This document shows, piece after piece, positions 61,139-64,000 of a stretch of 64,000 nt of DNA. The first letter of the stretch is position 1, and the number at the start of each line of letters is the position of its first letter. This stretch comes from Escherichia coli (lineage in GTDB: Bacteria > Pseudomonadota > Gammaproteobacteria > Enterobacterales > Enterobacteriaceae). The notes below the pieces were generated by a model. That model ran no database searches. It saw nothing but the letters and a program-made list of their open reading frames with translations, and was not told where the DNA came from. The stretch lies in the NCBI RefSeq assembly GCF_003334315.1, contig NZ_QOWR01000024.1; one strand, written 5' to 3'. The position numbers were made by a program, and so were the translations under genes.

Positions 61139-62224
61139 ATGTTCAAGCGTCGTTATGTAACATTGCTTCCCCTTTTTGTGTTGCTTGCCGCCTGTAGCAG
61201 CAAGCCAAAACCTACTGAGACTGAAACGACCACCGGAACGCCGTCTGGCGGCTTCCTGCTTGAGCCGCAGCACAATGTGATGCAGATGGGCGGCGATTTC
61301 GCTAATAACCCGAATGCCCAGCAGTTCATCGACAAAATGGTGAACAAACACGGTTTCGATCGTCAGCAGTTGCAGGAAATTCTCTCCCAGGCGAAGCGTC
61401 TGGATTCGGTACTGCGGCTGATGGATAACCAGGCACCAACCACATCGGTGAAACCGCCATCAGGTCCGAACGGCGCATGGCTGCGTTATCGCAAAAAATT
61501 TATTACGCCGGACAACGTGCAGAACGGTGTGGTTTTCTGGAATCAGTATGAAGATGCGTTGAATCGCGCGTGGCAGGTGTATGGTGTACCGCCGGAAATT
61601 ATCGTCGGGATTATCGGCGTTGAAACCCGCTGGGGGCGCGTGATGGGGAAAACTCGCATCCTCGATGCGCTGGCAACGCTGTCATTTAACTACCCACGCC
61701 GCGCGGAGTATTTCTCTGGCGAGCTGGAAACCTTCCTGTTGATGGCGCGCGACGAGCAGGACGATCCGCTCAATCTGAAAGGTTCCTTTGCCGGGGCGAT
61801 GGGCTACGGACAGTTTATGCCGTCGTCTTACAAACAATATGCGGTAGATTTCAGCGGCGACGGGCATATCAACCTGTGGGATCCGGTTGATGCGATCGGT
61901 AGCGTGGCGAACTATTTCAAAGCACACGGCTGGGTGAAAGGCGATCAGGTCGCGGTAATGGCAAACGGTCAGGCTCCAGGCTTGCCAAATGGCTTCAAAA
62001 CCAGGTACAGCATTTCGCAGCTTGCCGCGGCAGGTTTAACGCCACAGCAGCCGCTGGGCAACCATCAACAAGCCAGCCTGCTGCGTCTGGATGTCGGTAC
62101 CGGTTACCAGTACTGGTACGGTCTGCCGAACTTCTACACCATCACCCGTTATAACCACAGCACCCATTACGCAATGGCGGTCTGGCAGTTAGGACAAGCC
62201 GTGGCGCTGGCGCGCGTACAGTAA
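61139..62224 (+). CDS. mltB: Membrane-bound lytic murein transglycosylase B MltB (361 aa)
   Basis: Lipobox LLAACSS after the signal peptide; start at MFKRRYVTLLPLFVLLAACSS (the track ORF is extended 35 codons). Confidence 0.93.
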   Translation: MFKRRYVTLLPLFVLLAACSSKPKPTETETTTGTPSGGFLLEPQHNVMQMGGDFANNPNAQQFIDKMVNKHGFDRQQLQEILSQAKRLDSVLRLMDNQAPTTSVKPPSGPNGAWLRYRKKFITPDNVQNGVVFWNQYEDALNRAWQVYGVPPEIIVGIIGVETRWGRVMGKTRILDALATLSFNYPRRAEYFSGELETFLLMARDEQDDPLNLKGSFAGAMGYGQFMPSSYKQYAVDFSGDGHINLWDPVDAIGSVANYFKAHGWVKGDQVAVMANGQAPGLPNGFKTRYSISQLAAAGLTPQQPLGNHQQASLLRLDVGTGYQYWYGLPNFYTITRYNHSTHYAMAVWQLGQAVALARVQ

Positions 62225-62368
62225 CTATTTGCAAGAGGGGGGCGTGAGCTTCCCTCTGGCTAATCAGCTTTTTTCTGAATCCTCCTCGTAAAATTGCAAC
62301 GCCAACACCATCTTCCTGACGAAAGTGTTATCTTGTCCGGCATAAATTTTTGACTGACAGAGGTTGTG

Positions 62369-62866
62369 ATGACTGACAGTGAACTGATGCAGTTAAGCGA
62401 ACAGGTTGGGCAGGCGCTGAAAGCCCGTGGCGCAACCGTAACAACTGCTGAGTCTTGTACCGGCGGTTGGGTAGCGAAAGTGATTACCGATATTGCCGGT
62501 AGCTCCGCCTGGTTTGAACGCGGATTTGTCACCTACAGTAACGAAGCCAAAGCGCAGATGATCGGCGTACGTGAAGAGACGCTGGCGCAGCATGGCGCGG
62601 TGAGTGAACCCGTCGTGGTGGAAATGGCGATAGGTGCACTGAAAGCGGCTCGTGCTGATTATGCCGTGTCTATTAGTGGTATCGCCGGGCCGGATGGCGG
62701 CAGTGAAGAGAAGCCTGTCGGCACCGTCTGGTTTGCTTTTGCCACTGCCCGCGGTGAAGGCATTACCCGGCGGGAATGCTTCAGCGGCGACCGTGATGCG
62801 GTGCGTCGTCAGGCTACTGCGTATGCATTGCAGACCTTGTGGCAACAATTTCTACAAAACACTTGA
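62369..62866 (+). CDS. pncC: NMN amidohydrolase PncC (CinA-C domain protein, YgaD, 165 aa)
   Basis: CinA C-terminal domain motif (TAESCTGGW); directly upstream of recA. Confidence 0.93.
   Translation: MTDSELMQLSEQVGQALKARGATVTTAESCTGGWVAKVITDIAGSSAWFERGFVTYSNEAKAQMIGVREETLAQHGAVSEPVVVEMAIGALKAARADYAVSISGIAGPDGGSEEKPVGTVWFAFATARGEGITRRECFSGDRDAVRRQATAYALQTLWQQFLQNT

Positions 62867-64000
<1,134 letters not shown>

Overview
This window is an Enterobacterial (Escherichia coli-like) chromosomal segment, collinear with the well-known iap-cysDNC-ftsB-ispDF-truD-surE-pcm-nlpD-rpoS-ygbNMLKJI-pphB-mutS-ygbA-fhlA-hyp-hyc-asc-hydN-hypF-norWVR-srl-mltB-pncC-recA region, read on the strand where cas3 is forward. 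I did not find an uncharacterised gene cluster or mobile element; nearly all coding capacity is accounted for by recognisable housekeeping genes. The accessory part is a complete type I-E CRISPR-Cas locus (259-9429): cas3, cse1, cse2, cas7e, cas5e, cas6e, cas1, cas2, a leader and an array of 9 repeats and 8 spacers. Its repeat (GTGTTCCCCGCGCCAGCGGGGATAAACCG) and proteins are of the Salmonella-like I-E variant and differ clearly from the E. coli K-12 set as I recall it. The most unusual observation is rpoS: it encodes only 212 aa because of an in-frame deletion of about 354 bp at a 12-bp direct repeat, removing sigma-S regions 2.2 to 3. Every other gene looks full length. Regulatory sites that can be read directly include three NorR boxes and a sigma-54 promoter between norR and norV, divergent sigma-54 promoters between hypA and hycA, an NsrR box before ygbA, AscG operator palindromes, the recA LexA box, REP elements and several intrinsic terminators. 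All identifications rest on reading the supplied ORF translations and sequence against remembered protein families; no database search was run.
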